Both the position numbers and the translations under genes were made by a program. The notes under the pieces are model-generated. The model was not told the DNA's origin. It worked only from the letters and a program-made list of their open reading frames with translations, and did not search any database. From the human T2T-CHM13v2.0 reference genome, Homo sapiens, in NCBI RefSeq assembly GCF_009914755.1, contig NC_060927.1: a stretch of 64,000 bases of DNA; one strand, given 5' to 3'. Of the stretch, positions 14,024 to 30,900 are shown one piece after another (the stretch's first letter is position 1; each line of letters starts with the position of its first letter).

Positions 14024-16279
14024 CTAATGAAAGCATTCCAGCTGTGAGCTTGGACTTTTAAGAGAGAAGAGGAGGACTCTGATGTGGGAGTGAGATGCCA
14101 CAAGGCAGGCAGTGAGGAGGGAGTGTGGGAGCCAGCCTGGGAGGCCTGACAGGAGATGGTCAGGTCAGACTGGGGAGGAGAGAACCAGGCAGGGGGAGGG
14201 GGAGGAGGCAAAGAAGGAACCCGGTGCAGGGAGGGAGGATGGTACCTCTTGGCTCCTGTGGCTGAGGATTGGGGTACCCCTAGCTAGGGCCGCCACAGGA
14301 CATGGTGGAGGCAAGTGGGGGGCACTGAGCTTTCTGGTCCCAGTGCTGAGAAAGAAGCTGGTGATTGGGAATTGTGCGGGCACTAACCTGAGGGGTGTTC
14401 TGGAAGGCAAGGGCAGCATGAGCAAGGATCCATGGTGTCCAGGCAGGAGTGTCTGCCCACAGCAGCCTTGACGCACACCCCCAGCCTGCTCTGGGTAATG
14501 GAGCAGGGGCACAGAGCTGCTAGAGGGCTTGTCCAGCCCCTGGCTCTCTGTATTCCTTGCACTGCCTGTATTCCCAGGCTAGGGTTGAGGGGAGCAGCTC
14601 CAGAAAAGGAGGGACAGCCAAGGGGCAGCAGGCTCGAGAAACCACTGCCTGCCTCTCCCCTCTCTGGGACACTGCCCTGACCCAGTTTGTCTTTACCTAG
14701 AGAGCGTGCATGGTCACAGAGCCTGCCCCTAACAGTGCCCTGTGTAAAGTGGCCTGGCTCTCCCCATCCTGCAGAGGAGGAAATTAAGGCTGGGGCAGCC
14801 CAGGGTCCTATGGCTGCTGAGCAGTGCTGATCCGAGCCCCGGTCTTGAGCATCAGCCCTGGTCCCCAGCCCTCCTCCATTAGGAAACACAGTGTCACAGA
14901 TGGTCCTTGAGTGAGCAACCCTTTTTGGGGGTGGCTTGTCCCTGCTGTCCCCATTCTGGGCCATCTCCTCATGCATGCTGACTTCTTCTTCTCCCCCTAC
15001 AGCAGGGCCACTGTGAGGCCTTGTTCATTTCTGGTGCTGGTTGGCAGCCACAGTCCAGGGCTGAGTTAACCCGAGCAAGGATCCTGATGCCCGCCCACTG
15101 GATGCTTGCCTTGGCTGGGATGCACCCTGTGGGGATGACTCTGCTATTATACCATTTTACAGAGTTGTGGGCTGCAGCTTGGAGCTGTGAATGTATGCCT
15201 GAGGTCACACCGAGTCATTGGAGGAATTCAATCCCAAACCCACATCTCACTCCACTCAGCTGTCATCTCCCTCAACTAGGGTCCTCCCTTCCCCCAGTCT
15301 CTACCTCTGGGTCCTTACCGGTGATCTGTAAGCATGGAATGAGGGTGGAGGCTGGGCAGCTAGGTCACCTTGAGATGGCCCCACCTCTCTCACAGTGCGA
15401 TGACATTGTCGCCCTGGTACTGCATAGCAGCTCCCAGGAAGGCTATAAAGTTACCTTGGGAGCTGGGTACTGACTGGGTGGTCATGACCAAGCAACTCAT
15501 TTTAGAAGCACTTTTCTTGGTAGTGAGAGTTTTGTTCTCATGCCCACTCCTGGAGAATCTGAAGTCTTAATTACTTTTACCCCTACAGGAGTGTGGCCTT
15601 GTCTCCCTCCACTCTGGGCCAGTTTCTTTGTGGGAGATAGATTGACAGACACAGGCCTCAACCTCTCCTGCAGGAAGTCTTCCTTCTCACTCCAGCACTC
15701 TCCTGATCATGCTGAGTCCTGTAGGGCAGATTTGCGTGTTAGTGCACCCTCTCCCCTCCCCAGCCTTTCCCCAGCACCTTCTGCTTCTACACTTACATTT
15801 CTCATAGATGCCCAGGGTGAGAATCACAAGGGAGGCACCAAGGGCCTACTATGTACCAGGTGCTATCCTGTACAATTTACATGTACAATTTCCAACCCTA
15901 GCCTAGGAAATGGAACAGCTGTGTCATCCTTATGGTAAAAATGAGGCTCAAGGGATGTGTGGCCCCTGGCTTGGGGTCCCATGGCTGCTGTGTGATTAGA
16001 GTGGGGTTATAAAACCCACTCAATTTCCATCTGAGAAGGGAAGCAAGGGCTTCTTTGGCCTCTGAGCCCCTCGAAGCAGTCAGCCACCTCCTACGGACTC
16101 CTTGAACTACCTGCCAAGCTGCTTGAGCCCAGGACTGACCCTCAAGTCCAGAGGCTCACTGGACCACAAGTCAGAGAAACCTAGATTCAAATTCTCATTC
16201 TGCTCCTTATAAGCTGTGTGACCTGGGGCAGGTCACAGGCCTCAGAGCTTATATGTTTTTGTCTGCAAAATGATGGTAG

Positions 16280-16531
<252 letters not shown>

Positions 16532-17534
16532 TAGGGGCTTTCTTTGTTTTTCAGGTAGCAGATCTGGGTGCCACTGTAGCCCCTGAGGGGCAATGGAGCA
16601 GGCAGCCGCAGGCCCTGCCTGTGGATCTATGGAGTTGGCCATAAGGACATTCCCTCAAGGGTGGGCAAGAAACCATAGGGGTTAATATGGCCTCCCTGAG
16701 TGTGATTTCTACTCTGTGAGGAGGACTGGAAGAGCTGTCAGAGAAGGCTCCCAATCCCTGAATATGGATGGATGGGGGATTTGGGGAAGAACAGGACCCA
16801 CGCAATTCCCTCAGCTTTCTCTCCTTTTGACCTGGGTATGTGCTCCCATGGTCCCACCAGGAACTGGGTGCTTGGGGCCTAGAACCAGGAGCCAGTGGCC
16901 TTTTCCACCCTGGGCTTCTTCCTGTAACACCATGGCTCAGCACCAGCCATCCTTGGACCGGTTAGCCAGTTCTTCAGATTTGGGGTTCAGATCCTGCCTC
17001 TGCTACCCACTAGCTATGTGACCCTGGGCAGCTCTTAACCTCTCTGAATCTCTGTAACTCAGATGTAAGATGTGGGAAAGATCTTAATGTAGCATTTACC
17101 CTGTGCTTGACTCCATTCTAAGTGGCCCATGTGTATTGCATATTCAATCTGCATGACTATGGGGTTGGTGCTGTCATCCCTATCATACAAAAGAGATAGC
17201 TGAGGCACAGAGAGGTGAAAGAACCAGCCCAGGATCACACAACAGCGCTCATGAAACGTGGATCCCAGGGCATGGCACACAGTAGGTGCCCAGAGAACAG
17301 TGGTCATATGATGATAATTAACATCTCATCCCACATTTGGGGAAACAGAGACTTGAATGGGGTTGGGAGTACCCAAGCCCTCACAGTCAGGTAGGGGCCG
17401 TGCCACTGGGAACACACAGGCTTCTTGGCAGGGATCAGAGCCCACCACCCTCTTCTAGTTCCAAGAGTTCAGTTCAACCCACCTAAGCTGACAACCCACC
17501 ATGCACCAGGTTCTACAAGGGACAGGGAGGCTGA

Positions 17535-17738
<204 letters not shown>

Positions 17739-18171
17739 TAGCTGGACCAGCAGGAGGATTCAGGGTGAAAGGTATGGACCAGAGCGTTGTGTGTGATGCT
17801 AGGCAAGACCCTGTTCCTCTCAGTCTTCCCATCTGAATAAGAAAGGGTGAGACTCAGTGTCCATCCCCACAAGGGACTCTCTGAGTCTGAGACACTTTGT
17901 CGAACTTGGACTCTCTATGGCTTTGGGATGGAGGCCTCAAAGCCTCTTGATGCTGTCTCGCAGTTGAGCTGGGGAGAGGTAGCTCAGGACTGAGGAAAGA
18001 AGTTTAGATGGGTTGGGGGTATCCTCGGAGGAAACTGGGGTGTCTGGGGTGGCGTAGACATCCCGGGATAGAGAACCTGGATAGCAGGAGTGCTGTCACT
18101 GTCTTCTTGTCTTGTGCTGGCCTGTTAGACTGTGTCCAGGAGGGATGATAGGGTGGGGGCTTGACCTTTGA

Positions 18172-18351
<180 letters not shown>

Positions 18352-18664
18352 TGATGGCATCCAGGACCCACTGGATGGAGGCCATGTTCCCTAGTCACAT
18401 TCAAAGCCTCTGCTCTGTGTCCCAGACTGCTTTTCTCAGCCTCTTCTCTAGTTTCAGCATACTCATTCTGTTCTCACCAGGTGGGTCCCCTTGCTTCTTT
18501 CAAACACTGAGTAATCCAAATAGTAATAAGAATAACTGACTGCCTGCCTAAAGCCAGCGGGCCCTGACAAGCAATCTCATTTCATTCTCACCCAGCCTTG
18601 TGAGATAAGTGCCATTACCCATTTTACAGATGAGGAAAGCAAGGCTCAGAAAAAGATTAAGTGA

Positions 18665-19159
<495 letters not shown>

Positions 19160-20295
19160 TGATACCAGCATTTTAAGGGAAAGAAGCCATTTGCTGAGCC
19201 CTGGAGGAAGGAACAGAGGTAGTGCCAGTTGTTGGGCCACCTTCCAGTCTTGAGGCTGGAAGCTCAGCTCTCCAAATTTCCTATCCTGGGAGGACTGGGT
19301 CTTAGAGGTCATCTGGATCAGATGGATGAAATGCAAACCAAGGCAGCACACACATGCATGTGCACACAAGCATGTGTGAGCACTATCAGAGCAGAGTCTG
19401 CTCCTCCTGGGCCCTCTGCCCCAAGCCTAGAACGTTACCTTCCTTGGCTTATTTCCTCCTCAGACTGGGCAGAGGCGAGCTGAGGTTACAGCTGCTGCAT
19501 AAGGTCCTCCCTCTGGCTGAGCACCCCAACCTGTAAATCCTTGCTTTATTTGGACCCTGGCTTTTTTTTCCCGAAGAGAGAAAAGCCTTCTGCAGAGGAC
19601 ATTCCCTTGAATAGACTAAAACTGCTTCTCTGTTTTTATCACAATTGAGAAGGTCAGATCTTCTCAAATGGAACCTGAGAAATAGCATCCATTGGTTCTA
19701 AACCACCACCCCATCCTTCTACCAACACCCCATCCTTCTACCCCGGCTCTGCTTGGGGGTCTCTTCTGCCCCTCTCCATGGGCCTACATCCTACCTACCA
19801 TTCATTAAAAACCAGTTTCAGGGACAGACCTCCCTACTGCCCTCATCTGCCAGGCCCCTGACTACTCCTGGGACACAGGAAGATTGCCCCTGTGCAGCTC
19901 CTGGGGTCTGGGGTCTGAGCAACCAGGGCCTTCTCCCCTGAGCAACCTCAGATGGGGCTGTCCTTCTAGCCCTGTAGGATTCACTCTGGGCTGGGTATGG
20001 GACATGTGCTTGGCAATACTGACTTATGAGCAGCCTGCCTTCCCCCAGCACCCTTGCTCTAGCATTTCATGGCAATGTCACCAACTCAGGATCAGAAGTT
20101 CCTGCTCCGAGGCTTTCTATGGCACTTGGTCATTCACAGCCTTGGCTGAGCACCTGCCTTGCTTCCCCTTTTGTGAATGAAGGTAGCACCTTGGGTTTCT
20201 CTATATTTGGCCCATGTTAGTGGGCAAGGCCCGGGTCTTTTTATAAATGGACCTGGCTCCTTCTGCACTGGGATGGAGTCGGGGAGTCTGGCTGA

Positions 20296-20511
<216 letters not shown>

Positions 20512-21637
20512 TAACTCCTCACCCCAACTTATACAGCTGTATTATGGGGTAGCCAGTGGGTTGCAGAAACCAAAGGGTTAAAGCCCAGCAAGGAGGGAGG
20601 GGGAGAATTCTGTCTGCATGGAGGCGGGTGACGTGGGGGGCCGGAGGCTGCAAAAATATTCTCCCAAACTTCAGCTTCTGCTTTTGAAAATAGATCCAGG
20701 AAAATTCTGGCTGTGGCCTGTGAGCTGAATGACATCACAGCAGCTCTAAATATATATGTGATAAAAGGCTGCCATCAGCTTGGGACGGAGCCCAACCGCG
20801 GTTGTTTTTCTCTAGTTTTTGTCTTCCTGGGATTCATATTCAGAAAGTGGGCATGCATTTCCTCCTAACTTGGAGGGACAAAGGGTACCAGTCACCTGCC
20901 TTGTGGGAGACGGTCACTAAAGCCAGGGCTTGGAGGTGTGCACATACTCATGCTTCCTGGAAAAGTTCACTGCCCTTCTGCAAGTGGGCAACCCCCGGAT
21001 CTGAAAATGTTCCTTGCCAAAACTGCCCCCTAACCTGAGAGTGGGGTGATGACAGAGGGCTTTTCTCCCTCAGAAGAGGTCTTCCTGGAGGGCTGCTGAA
21101 GGGGTGGGAAGTTCCCTGAGACAGTTGAAATGGCACTCTGTTAACTAGGATGTGTTTTGCACTAAGTATTTTAACTTAGAAATCTTCTAGCCTACCCACC
21201 TCATTGCACAGGGAAGACAAAGGCTCCATGGATTGGTAGCCAAGCTGATGATGGAATGCAGAGCCCTGTCCCTGGTTCTTCCTTGCCTGTGACCTAGGCT
21301 ATGCATTCAGGGAGGCAAGGGACACAGGACAGCTGGCAGGCCAAGACCCTCTCACCTACGGCAGCTTCCCACCAAGCCCCAGACTGGCCTTCTCTTCTCT
21401 TCTTTCACCAAGGTTGAGACTGGCAGAGGGGCTCAGGCCCAAGGGAGCTAGGGGTATGTCTGAAAGTGGTTGATTTTTTTCCAGGAGCTTTCTCCTCCCC
21501 CAACTTCACACACATGCTGCCTTTCCAAAAGGTGCCAGACGCCAGTCTGCTCTGCCCTACCTCCCAGCCCAGGTACCTGCTCCCCACCTTGCCCAGGCTT
21601 TAGGCTCCTGCCTGGGCTCCAAGACCCTTGGGTCTGA

Positions 21638-21742
<105 letters not shown>

Positions 21743-22078
21743 TGAGTACCTTCCCCACCCCCTGCCTCCATCTCCTGCCCTTACCCCCACTGTGAGCCCT
21801 CAGGACCACTTCTGTCCCCCCACCCCCATGTCCTTGGTGAGGAGCTTGTGTGTGTCACTCCTCATGCAGGCTGCCCTTCCCTTTTGGTCATGGGACACCA
21901 CTCCTTCAGGTGCCTGAGGGTCTCCCCATGCCAAGGGCTGATGGCATTCCTGGGATGTGCCTGGGAGTCCGGAGGGCTGGTATTATTGCTATGGTGTCTG
22001 GTTGTCTGTCTCCCCAGTCAGGGGCTTTTGAGGGGAAATGGGTCCACCCTGGCACTGCTCCCACCCTATGCCAAATGA

Positions 22079-22225
<147 letters not shown>

Positions 22226-22526
22226 TGAACCTCTCTGTCCCAGCCTGACTCACCTGGCCCCTGCGGCTTTCATTCTGGGAAACATCACTTTGGTGTCAAA
22301 CTGACCTGTGTTCAAATCTTGGCTCCCCCTCTTCCCAGCTATGGGACCCTAGGCAAGTCCCCTAACCTTCTTGAGCCTCAGTTTCTACATCTGCCAAACA
22401 GGCTCAAAACTTGCCTCCTCAAAACTCCCTCTAACTCCTATTCCTCATTCATATTTTCCCCTTTGAGGACCACAAACAAGGCTGCCCTGTATGAGTTATC
22501 TGCTGCTGCTTAACCAATTATCCTGA

Positions 22527-22910
<384 letters not shown>

Positions 22911-22991
22911 TAGGGCCTCACCTACAACCTGGCTTTGTCACTGCCCTAGTGAGGCTCCTTCCCCACCCTGAGCCTTGGTTTTTCCATCTGA

Positions 22992-23486
<495 letters not shown>

Positions 23487-23849
23487 TAGCAGCTCCAGTG
23501 GCACAATCTCCAGGCCCCAGTGCGCTGGTTGCCCAGCGAGATGGCATTCTCTGCAGGTCTTGTGGTTCTGTGGTGGAACTGGTTTAGTTCACTATCCCAC
23601 TTACCCTTGGTGTGGTCCGAGGGAGTAACTCTCCTTTTGTGCCTTAGTGAATAAGCTCAGTGTCTACCACAGAGGACGGTAGTGAGGATCATGTGATGCA
23701 AAGGGCTTGGCCCAGTGCTGGGCACACAGTGGGCACAGAGGCAGCACAGGCTGTCACTGACATTAAGGGGCTGCCCAGGCAGGGGGGTGATGGTTCCTAA
23801 GGTCAGTACATCCTGACCTCTTAGTGCCCACCATCCTGTCTGTCCCCAG

Positions 23850-24002
23850 GAGGAGATGACCAGTGCCTTGGCCACTATGCGGGTAGACTACGACCAGGTG
23901 AAGATCAAGGACCTGAAGACCTCTAACAACCGGCTCCTCAACAAGAGGAGAAAAAAGCAGGCAGGCAGCTCCTCTGCCTCACAGGGCTGCAACAACCAGT
24001 AG
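23850..24002 (+). CDS. MAPKAPK3: MAPKAPK3 last coding exon (EEMTSALATMRV NES; KRRKK NLS/p38 docking; ...GCNNQ*)
   Basis: ccccag acceptor; TAG at 24000-24002. The nine exons total 930 nt = 309 aa plus stop with no frameshift. Confidence 0.97.
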   Translation, partial: EEMTSALATMRVDYDQVKIKDLKTSNNRLLNKRRKKQAGSSSASQGCNNQ

Positions 24003-25247
24003 CTCATGGGGCCTTGGAGGAGCCTGGCCTCTCAGCCTGCATAACAGACTGAAATGTGCTCAGGCCCTGGCCAGGAGGGCCCAGGGTCATTCTTTTAACA
24101 AAAGGATTATTTTGTTGTGTTTTAATTTGTCACTCGGAACTTCAGGATGGAGGACCCTGACCCTAAGCCTCCTTCAGATCTCTGGCCCAGGCTCAAGCCC
24201 TAGAGATGGGCAGGGCCTAGGGGCTGGGAGCTGCCTGCTGCCATAGCAGCACCTTTAGCTAGGTTGGCCCGAGTGAGGCCTCTGTGCTGTCCTGCCCTGG
24301 TGCATGGCCTTAGCTTTCTAGGCCACTGGGAGTTGTGGCTGGGCTTCCCATCTTCCACAGAGACATCTCCCTGTGGGATGGGCAGATGGGCCTGGCCTTG
24401 AGAAAGGCATTGGCCATTGGTTGCCATGGTGACCAGGGACCACGTTGCTGCCTGTGAATGCTGAGTGAGCGAGTAAGGGAGGAGGGGCGATTGAGGGTTC
24501 ACCTCTGCCTTGGGGAGGCTGATTTCTCACACACTGGCTGGCCCTCTCATTCTCACTCCTCCTTGGGCCCTGAGGCTGCTGGATCCGGTCTGCCTGCCTC
24601 CCTGTGCAGTCCAGCCCTGCCTTGCTGCAGCCCCAGCCCAGATGGCACTCAGCGCTCTCCCCTGAGGGAGTCCCTGGGCCTAGCCATCCCCTCACTATTC
24701 CCGACCCAAAGGGTGACTTTTCATCTGAACTTAAGGTGGGAGATATTTTTAACTTTTTTCCACTTTGGAAAATGTCACTGTGACAAAAGCCAGCATACTT
24801 TCCCTGCACCCATCTGCTCACCAGATCTCAGGCAGGAAAGCCCCTCTCTGTTGAAGTCAGGGGCTATCTTTTGGTATACTTGTGTGAAAGTGGCTGGTTG
24901 GGAGCAGAGCTAAGTGGCTTCCCATTAACCTGAGGTCTCTTTCTTTACTCTGGGTCAGACCTGAGGTTGGGGAAGGCGACTGAGCCATGCTCAGAATGTC
25001 TGGTCCTGGCTTGGGCCTGAGTAGGGCAGAGAGGGCCTTTCATGGCTGATCAGAGCTTACCAGCCCCACCCCACCATGGTAGCCTTAGGGTGCTGAGTGC
25101 CTGATACTGCCTGACAAGTGCCTGACACGCAGCCTAGTTCCTTCCTGGCCCCTCTCTCACTGGCTGGGAAACCCTAGACCATGTCAGATAGGACAACACT
25201 GCTGGGTTTTACATCCAGATAGTAATAAACACCATTTCATCATTTTC
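24003..25247 (+). other. MAPKAPK3: MAPKAPK3 3'UTR (end approximate)
   Basis: Runs from the stop codon to about 20 nt past the AATAAA. Confidence 0.8.
25224..25229 (+). terminator. MAPKAPK3 polyadenylation signal AATAAA
   Basis: First AATAAA after the stop codon, followed by CA dinucleotides and a U/GU-rich tract (ttttctcttgg...gggtttactctttgt). Confidence 0.85.
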
Positions 25248-26100
25248 TCTTGGCTCCTGGGTTTACTCTTTGTCTACAGGGGTGGACAAAGGTGGCCCAA
25301 GGGCAGCTTCTCAGACCCACTAGTGATTTCACCCCAGCTGGAGGGGGTGCCTCAGGCCTGATAAGCATGCCATGCTAACTCCAAGGCCAGAGTCCTCGCC
25401 AGGCCTAGAAAGGTCAGAAGAGCTGAGGGATGGCAGCTGCCACATGCCCCCAGCTCTGTGCTGCCCCTGTGCAGTGTGTGTGACACCTACCCCCGGTCCT
25501 GTGTGTGCCAGCATCTGCCCAGAGTGGCCACCCCCAGCTGTGTGCCAGCCTGCTGAAGGGCGGGCAGAGTGCCTGCTGCAGCGCTGAGCTATTTTCAGAA
25601 ACTGCCAGATTTCATTTGGCAGTGAGAATATCGAGGAGGGGAGGGGGCGGCATGCTGCAAGACTGTCTTTTGACTACTCCAGTAAGAGAGCACTCTCACC
25701 CCTCCGGAGCCCTTGTGGGTAGCTTCAAGGAGGGCCCTAACTGTGGCATTTCTCTCCCAGCTCCTATCTTGAGAAACCTCCCAGTTTTCCAAGAGCTCAT
25801 CTGCTGCCTGCAGCGCTCTCTCCTCCACCCCCACTTCCTTCAGGGCGTGGGGGAGGGTGCAGAGATGCTGGAAGGCAGGGGACAGGCAAACACGCCTGAG
25901 ATGTTCTGCTGCTTCCCAGCCTGGTGACCTTGGGAGCTTTCTTGGCCTCAGTTTCCTCAGCTGTGTCCTGGCGATGATAATGCCCATCTCATGGAGTCAT
26001 GTGGGGGATTTGAGCAGATGATGTGTGTGAAGTACTTAGTGAGGTGCCAGGTGCGTGGCTCATGCCCCACACTCATTAGCTACTCTAACATCCTTAGTCA

Positions 26101-26252
26101 TCAGGAAGGAGAGAAGTATCTAGAGTTATATCTAGAGTATCTAGAAGTCTCTAGAAGAAAAAGCAGCCCCAAGTCTGCCTCAGGAAGGAGAGAATATCTA
26201 GAGTATCTAGAAGTCTCTAGAAGAAAAAGCAACCCCAAATCTACCTCAGGAA
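26101..26252. repeat. Tandem duplication (79 + 66 bp units) rich in TCTAGA
   Basis: Two near-identical units beginning tcaggaaggagagaa; seven TCTAGA hexamers. Confidence 0.9.
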
Positions 26253-26672
26253 CTTTCTATCCAGACAATCAGGGCTTCCTCACCCATGGGGTTTCATTTC
26301 CAAGGGCCTGCTCCCCAGAGCAGCATCATGTGGGCCTCCTGGGCTTTGTCTCCAGTACTGGGCTTCCAGGAGGGTAGCCAGATAAATTCAAGAGACTCCA
26401 TGGAGCCTGTGGTTCAGCCCAGCCTTCCTAGTATACCCTACATTTGGAGGAATGCTGGCCAGATGCAAAGGTAGATGTAGTCCATCTAGTCTCAAAGCTG
26501 TGGAGGCACAGATGGCCTTCCTTGCTTGGCTGCCAAGCATCCAGTGTACCTGAGATGCTGTGCTGGGTGCAAGGAAGGCTGCAGTGAGAACTTCAGACAG
26601 GGAGTTCACCTCAAGGTGTTTACATTCATGCGGGAGAAGGTGAAAACATCACATGTTGAAAAATGTTAAATT

Positions 26673-26972
<300 letters not shown>

Positions 26973-27793
26973 TCAAGGTCTTGATATGATCTGTGATGGA
27001 AGAACATGGTTCCAGGAGAAGGAGGTGTCATGGGACAGTTTGAGCCAAAGAGAGAATATATGCATCCCAGTGCTGGGAAAGGTGCCTGATAGGATACAGG
27101 GTTGCAGGCAGAAGTGCAGGGACCAGGGCCTCAGGGACAGAGGGTCTCCCTGCTCTAGGACTCCCGTCTGCCACTCTGCTCTGCCAGTCTGTGCTTCTTC
27201 CTGGGGCTGTCCTTGATCCTTTGCCTGCACTGGGTTTTTTTTTTTGCCTTCTCCATAGCTCTGGCAAAACTAGAGCTGCAGAAGTTCTAGCTGGGGAGGT
27301 CATCTGCTCAGGTGTCCACATGTCAGTTTCAGGGGAGGGTTCTTGTTGGTCACATTTGGCCCCTTGCTGTTGTTGGGGAGAGGGTAGGGCCCCTCCTGTA
27401 ACTAGGTGGGGAGGGGTGCCCTAGAAGCAGTTAGCAGAAGAGCAGATGGAAAGATTGCCCCATTATCTCCCACATCTGGCTACTTCCAAGAGCCCATGAG
27501 GAGTCTGGGCCAGCCGCTAGCCCAGCCCAGGGCCTGGCTCCGTGATCTCCAGCATCGGGTGTCGCTCTTACAAGCCAGGACTGGGAGGCTGGATGCCTGG
27601 CCAAGTCACATTCCTTTTTGGGCCTCAGTGTGGCTGTCCGTGAAATGGGAGCAAATCTCTGACAATCAGCTAGTATTAGGTGAGCTAAGAAGCCAAGTGG
27701 CCACTTGTTCTCATCAGCGAGTCCAGACGCACAGGCATTTGCATGAGCTCTATGATAACTTCCCTGGCAGCTTTTGGTAAGGAATTCCGTAAG

Positions 27794-27915
27794 AAGCTAC
27801 TTGGGAGGCTGAGGCAGGTTGAGCCCAGGAGCTTGAAGTTACAGTGAGCCATGATTGTGCCACTGCATTCCAGCCTGGGCAACAGAGCGAGACTCTGTCT
27901 CTTAAAAAAAAAAAT
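27794..27915 (+). mobile_element. Alu right-arm fragment (AluJ-like)
   Basis: agctacttgggaggctgagg...gactctgtctc followed by an A-tail. Confidence 0.85.
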
Positions 27916-30900
27916 TCCATAAAAGTTATATACACACGTGTGCACATGCGTGTGTGTGTGTGACATCTCTTCCTAGTGATGTTCCCCCTGACCTGGCCAA
28001 CAGCCCTGATTCTGTCCTCCAAACCTGATGCTGGCTGGCTTCCAATAGCCTGGCTCATTGCTATTCTACACCAGCCCCTCTCTGCCCTCAATTCAGCCCC
28101 TCCACTGCAGTGTCAGAATTGAGCCTCAAAATGCAGCCTGCTACAGCCTCTGCAGGGGTCTCCATGCTTCCAAGCCTGCTTGAAACTTTCTTTATGGCAG
28201 GCATGGGGAGGGGGGAGGGCAGGCCGTGTGTGGCTGTCACCAGACCTGGCTGCCTTGGGCCTGGCTGCTTTGGGCCGAGCCTTTGCATCCCTAGTGGGTC
28301 CTCACGGCTGCCCATAAACCCAGCAGGGTAAAATTCTTCGTTTTGTCATACTGAGCAGCCAGCATGCTTAACCAGCAGGCAGGGAAGGGTCTGGCAAGCC
28401 CACCTCCCCTGCTGTGTGTGGGATGGAGTGGGGTTGTCTAGAGCCAGGAGACCTGAGCTTTGGTTTACATGAGGCCTTGAGCAAAGCAGTTCTTATTTTT
28501 GAGGTTGCCCATCAGTAAAATGAGAGGCTGAATTAACAGGACCAGACTATTCCAGCACCCTTGACAGACACATCACCACCAGTTGATGGATTGTGAGGAA
28601 TGCTCTATGTTCAGGCAGATCATGCATTTTTCCAAGCCTCAGTTTTCTTATCTGTTAGCATGATCCTCACAAGGATGGGGCAGGGCTGCAATGAAGACAG
28701 GGACAGGGATGGCCGAGCCCAAAGGCCTTGGTCACCAGCATAGCCCAAGCGTCTGCTAGGTGATGCACTAAGCTGCCCAGCACTCTGCCAGTTCTACCCT
28801 CTCTGTGTCCCCTGACCAGGAGAAGGCAGCTGTTGACTCAAGGGAACAAGTTCCCTGGGGCTCAGAGGAGCTGGCAGAGAGGTTAATTGGGGTGTGGGGC
28901 CACCTGCTGGTCACCTGGGTGAGTATTCAGTGGGCACCTACTGTGTGCCATAGCCTGAAGGAGCTGTGGGGCAGGGGAGAGACCACAGCACCATAATGAA
29001 TAGCTGACACTTATTGAGTGCCTACTGTGTGCCAGGACTGTGCTAAAGCTTTACATGGATCATCTCACTTAGTCCTCACTTTCTCATCTTACAGATAGAG
29101 AAACTGAGTCCCAAGCTCTTAGCCGCTGCTCTCTGTGCTAGAGGAGGTCAAAGGAAGGAAATGCTGTTTTTGGCTAGGGGCAATCACAGAAGACTTCCAA
29201 AAGGTGGTGACAATATGAACTCAAAGGGAAAGCCAGATTTGGATAGACAAACATTTAGGGACTTAGCTGGCAGGTACACGGGGAGGCAAGGCATTTTGTG
29301 TGAAGAATGGAAAACAAGTCTATTTACTGGGTGAGAGGCAGCCATGGCACAGGGGTCTCTCATTTCCTTGTCCCATCTCCTGTAGGAAGTCAGAATGGGG
29401 TGCTCAGGGATGAGACAATGGGCCCCTGGTAATAGCTCCTCTCTCTTAGAGCCCCCAGGGTTCTCCCATGGGTAGTGCATTCCCCCTCCACATGTGCACC
29501 TCTGGCTCCTCTGGAGATACACTCAACCAATGTGTCAGACAATCTATCCATCCCCTCTTACTGCTCCAGCATTTCTGGTTGATTTCAGAGTTGGCTGTTA
29601 GAGTTGGGGCCAGATCTTTTCACATTGGACTCCCTGAACCCCCCAGGATTTGGTGAAGGAGTCCTAGGACCCTCCACTTTTGCTTCCAACACAGCTATTT
29701 TATAGATTGGTGTGCTGAGATTTAATTTGAACAAGTTTACATGCATTAAAAAAGTTTATGGAGCACTGAGCTAGACATTAACAAAACTGATCTCAAATTT
29801 TGCAAGGCAGGCATTAAGATCTCCATTTTACAGATGGGAAACCAAGACTCGGAGTAACTAAGTGGCTTCCCAAGGTTCATGGCTGGTGAGGACAGGAGGC
29901 AGGGCTCTGACATGGCAAAATGGCTACAAGATTGTCCTTTCTCCTATGGTTCCTGCCCTCAGAGAGTCCATACTTCATGGGCACAGGCACCTGCTGGCAT
30001 TGTCTGGTGGGGCGTCACTGGTGCTGACAAAGGGAGCAGAGATGACTGGGTGGTCGTGGGTGTCTTAGGCAGGCTTGCTTTCCCCTTTCTGGAGAGTTCA
30101 CTCTGGACAGAGACAGTTGGGGCAAAGAGTGGGTGGTGGCAGCAGGGGAGGCACTGGGAAGCCTGCCTTAGCCTATAAACCCTGCCCCAGTGTAGAGGCT
30201 GTGTAGATAAAGCAGATGACACCCCCATTCCCATTCCTGATCTTGATCTGTGTTCACAGCAAGCCACGGAGTAATCAACCCTCAGACCTGGCAGAGATGC
30301 TCTGTGTGGGAATGAGGCAGGCCCCTCAGCCACCTCTTGAAGCAGCACCCCCAGTGCAGGGACTCTCCCCCAACCAGTCTCCCTTCCAGGTGATGGGACC
30401 TTGACTCATGGGTCATGTTTCCCCCACATGAGCTACTAGGGCTGGATGGAGGGTCTCAGGGCCCACTGAAAAGGCCCAGGGGCTGAGGGGCTGGGCTCTT
30501 AGCTGTGGGCCTGGCCTGTTTGAGCCATGCCTTGGAGCTCATGTTTTAGCACCTAGCGTGTGCCAGACATATCTCGTACTTGACTTTGTTTACTTTTCTG
30601 TTCTTCCAGTAGCCCTCCCAGGCAGAGATTATGCCCACTTTGCAGATGAAGTCACTGAAACTTGAATAGTAGCAGAAGAAACTTCCCAGGTTCCTATGAG
30701 TGGTGTGTGGCAGGACCAGGGTCTGAAGCTAGGGGCATGGAGCCTCACAATCCCCTTCCTAATGGGAAGGCTATCCCTGCCCAAAGAGTTCCAGTGTCAT
30801 CTGACCCCTTCCCTGATCTGGTCTAGCTGGAGGAGATGTCATAAACCCATTCCTCCTCTGCCCTGATCTTCTATGCCCCTGGATGCCAGAGGAAGGATTC

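Noticed and set aside
19707-19742. 17-bp direct repeat caccccatccttctacc x2
   Set aside because: Simple local slippage duplication with no sign of function.
24000-24044. Stop-codon readthrough of MAPKAPK3 (TAG CTC)
   Set aside because: Not the UGA-CUAG context; the extension would be only 13 codons with no evident signal.
26101-26252. CRISPR-like reading of the TCTAGA repeats
   Set aside because: No unique spacers of constant length, eukaryotic context and no cas genes.
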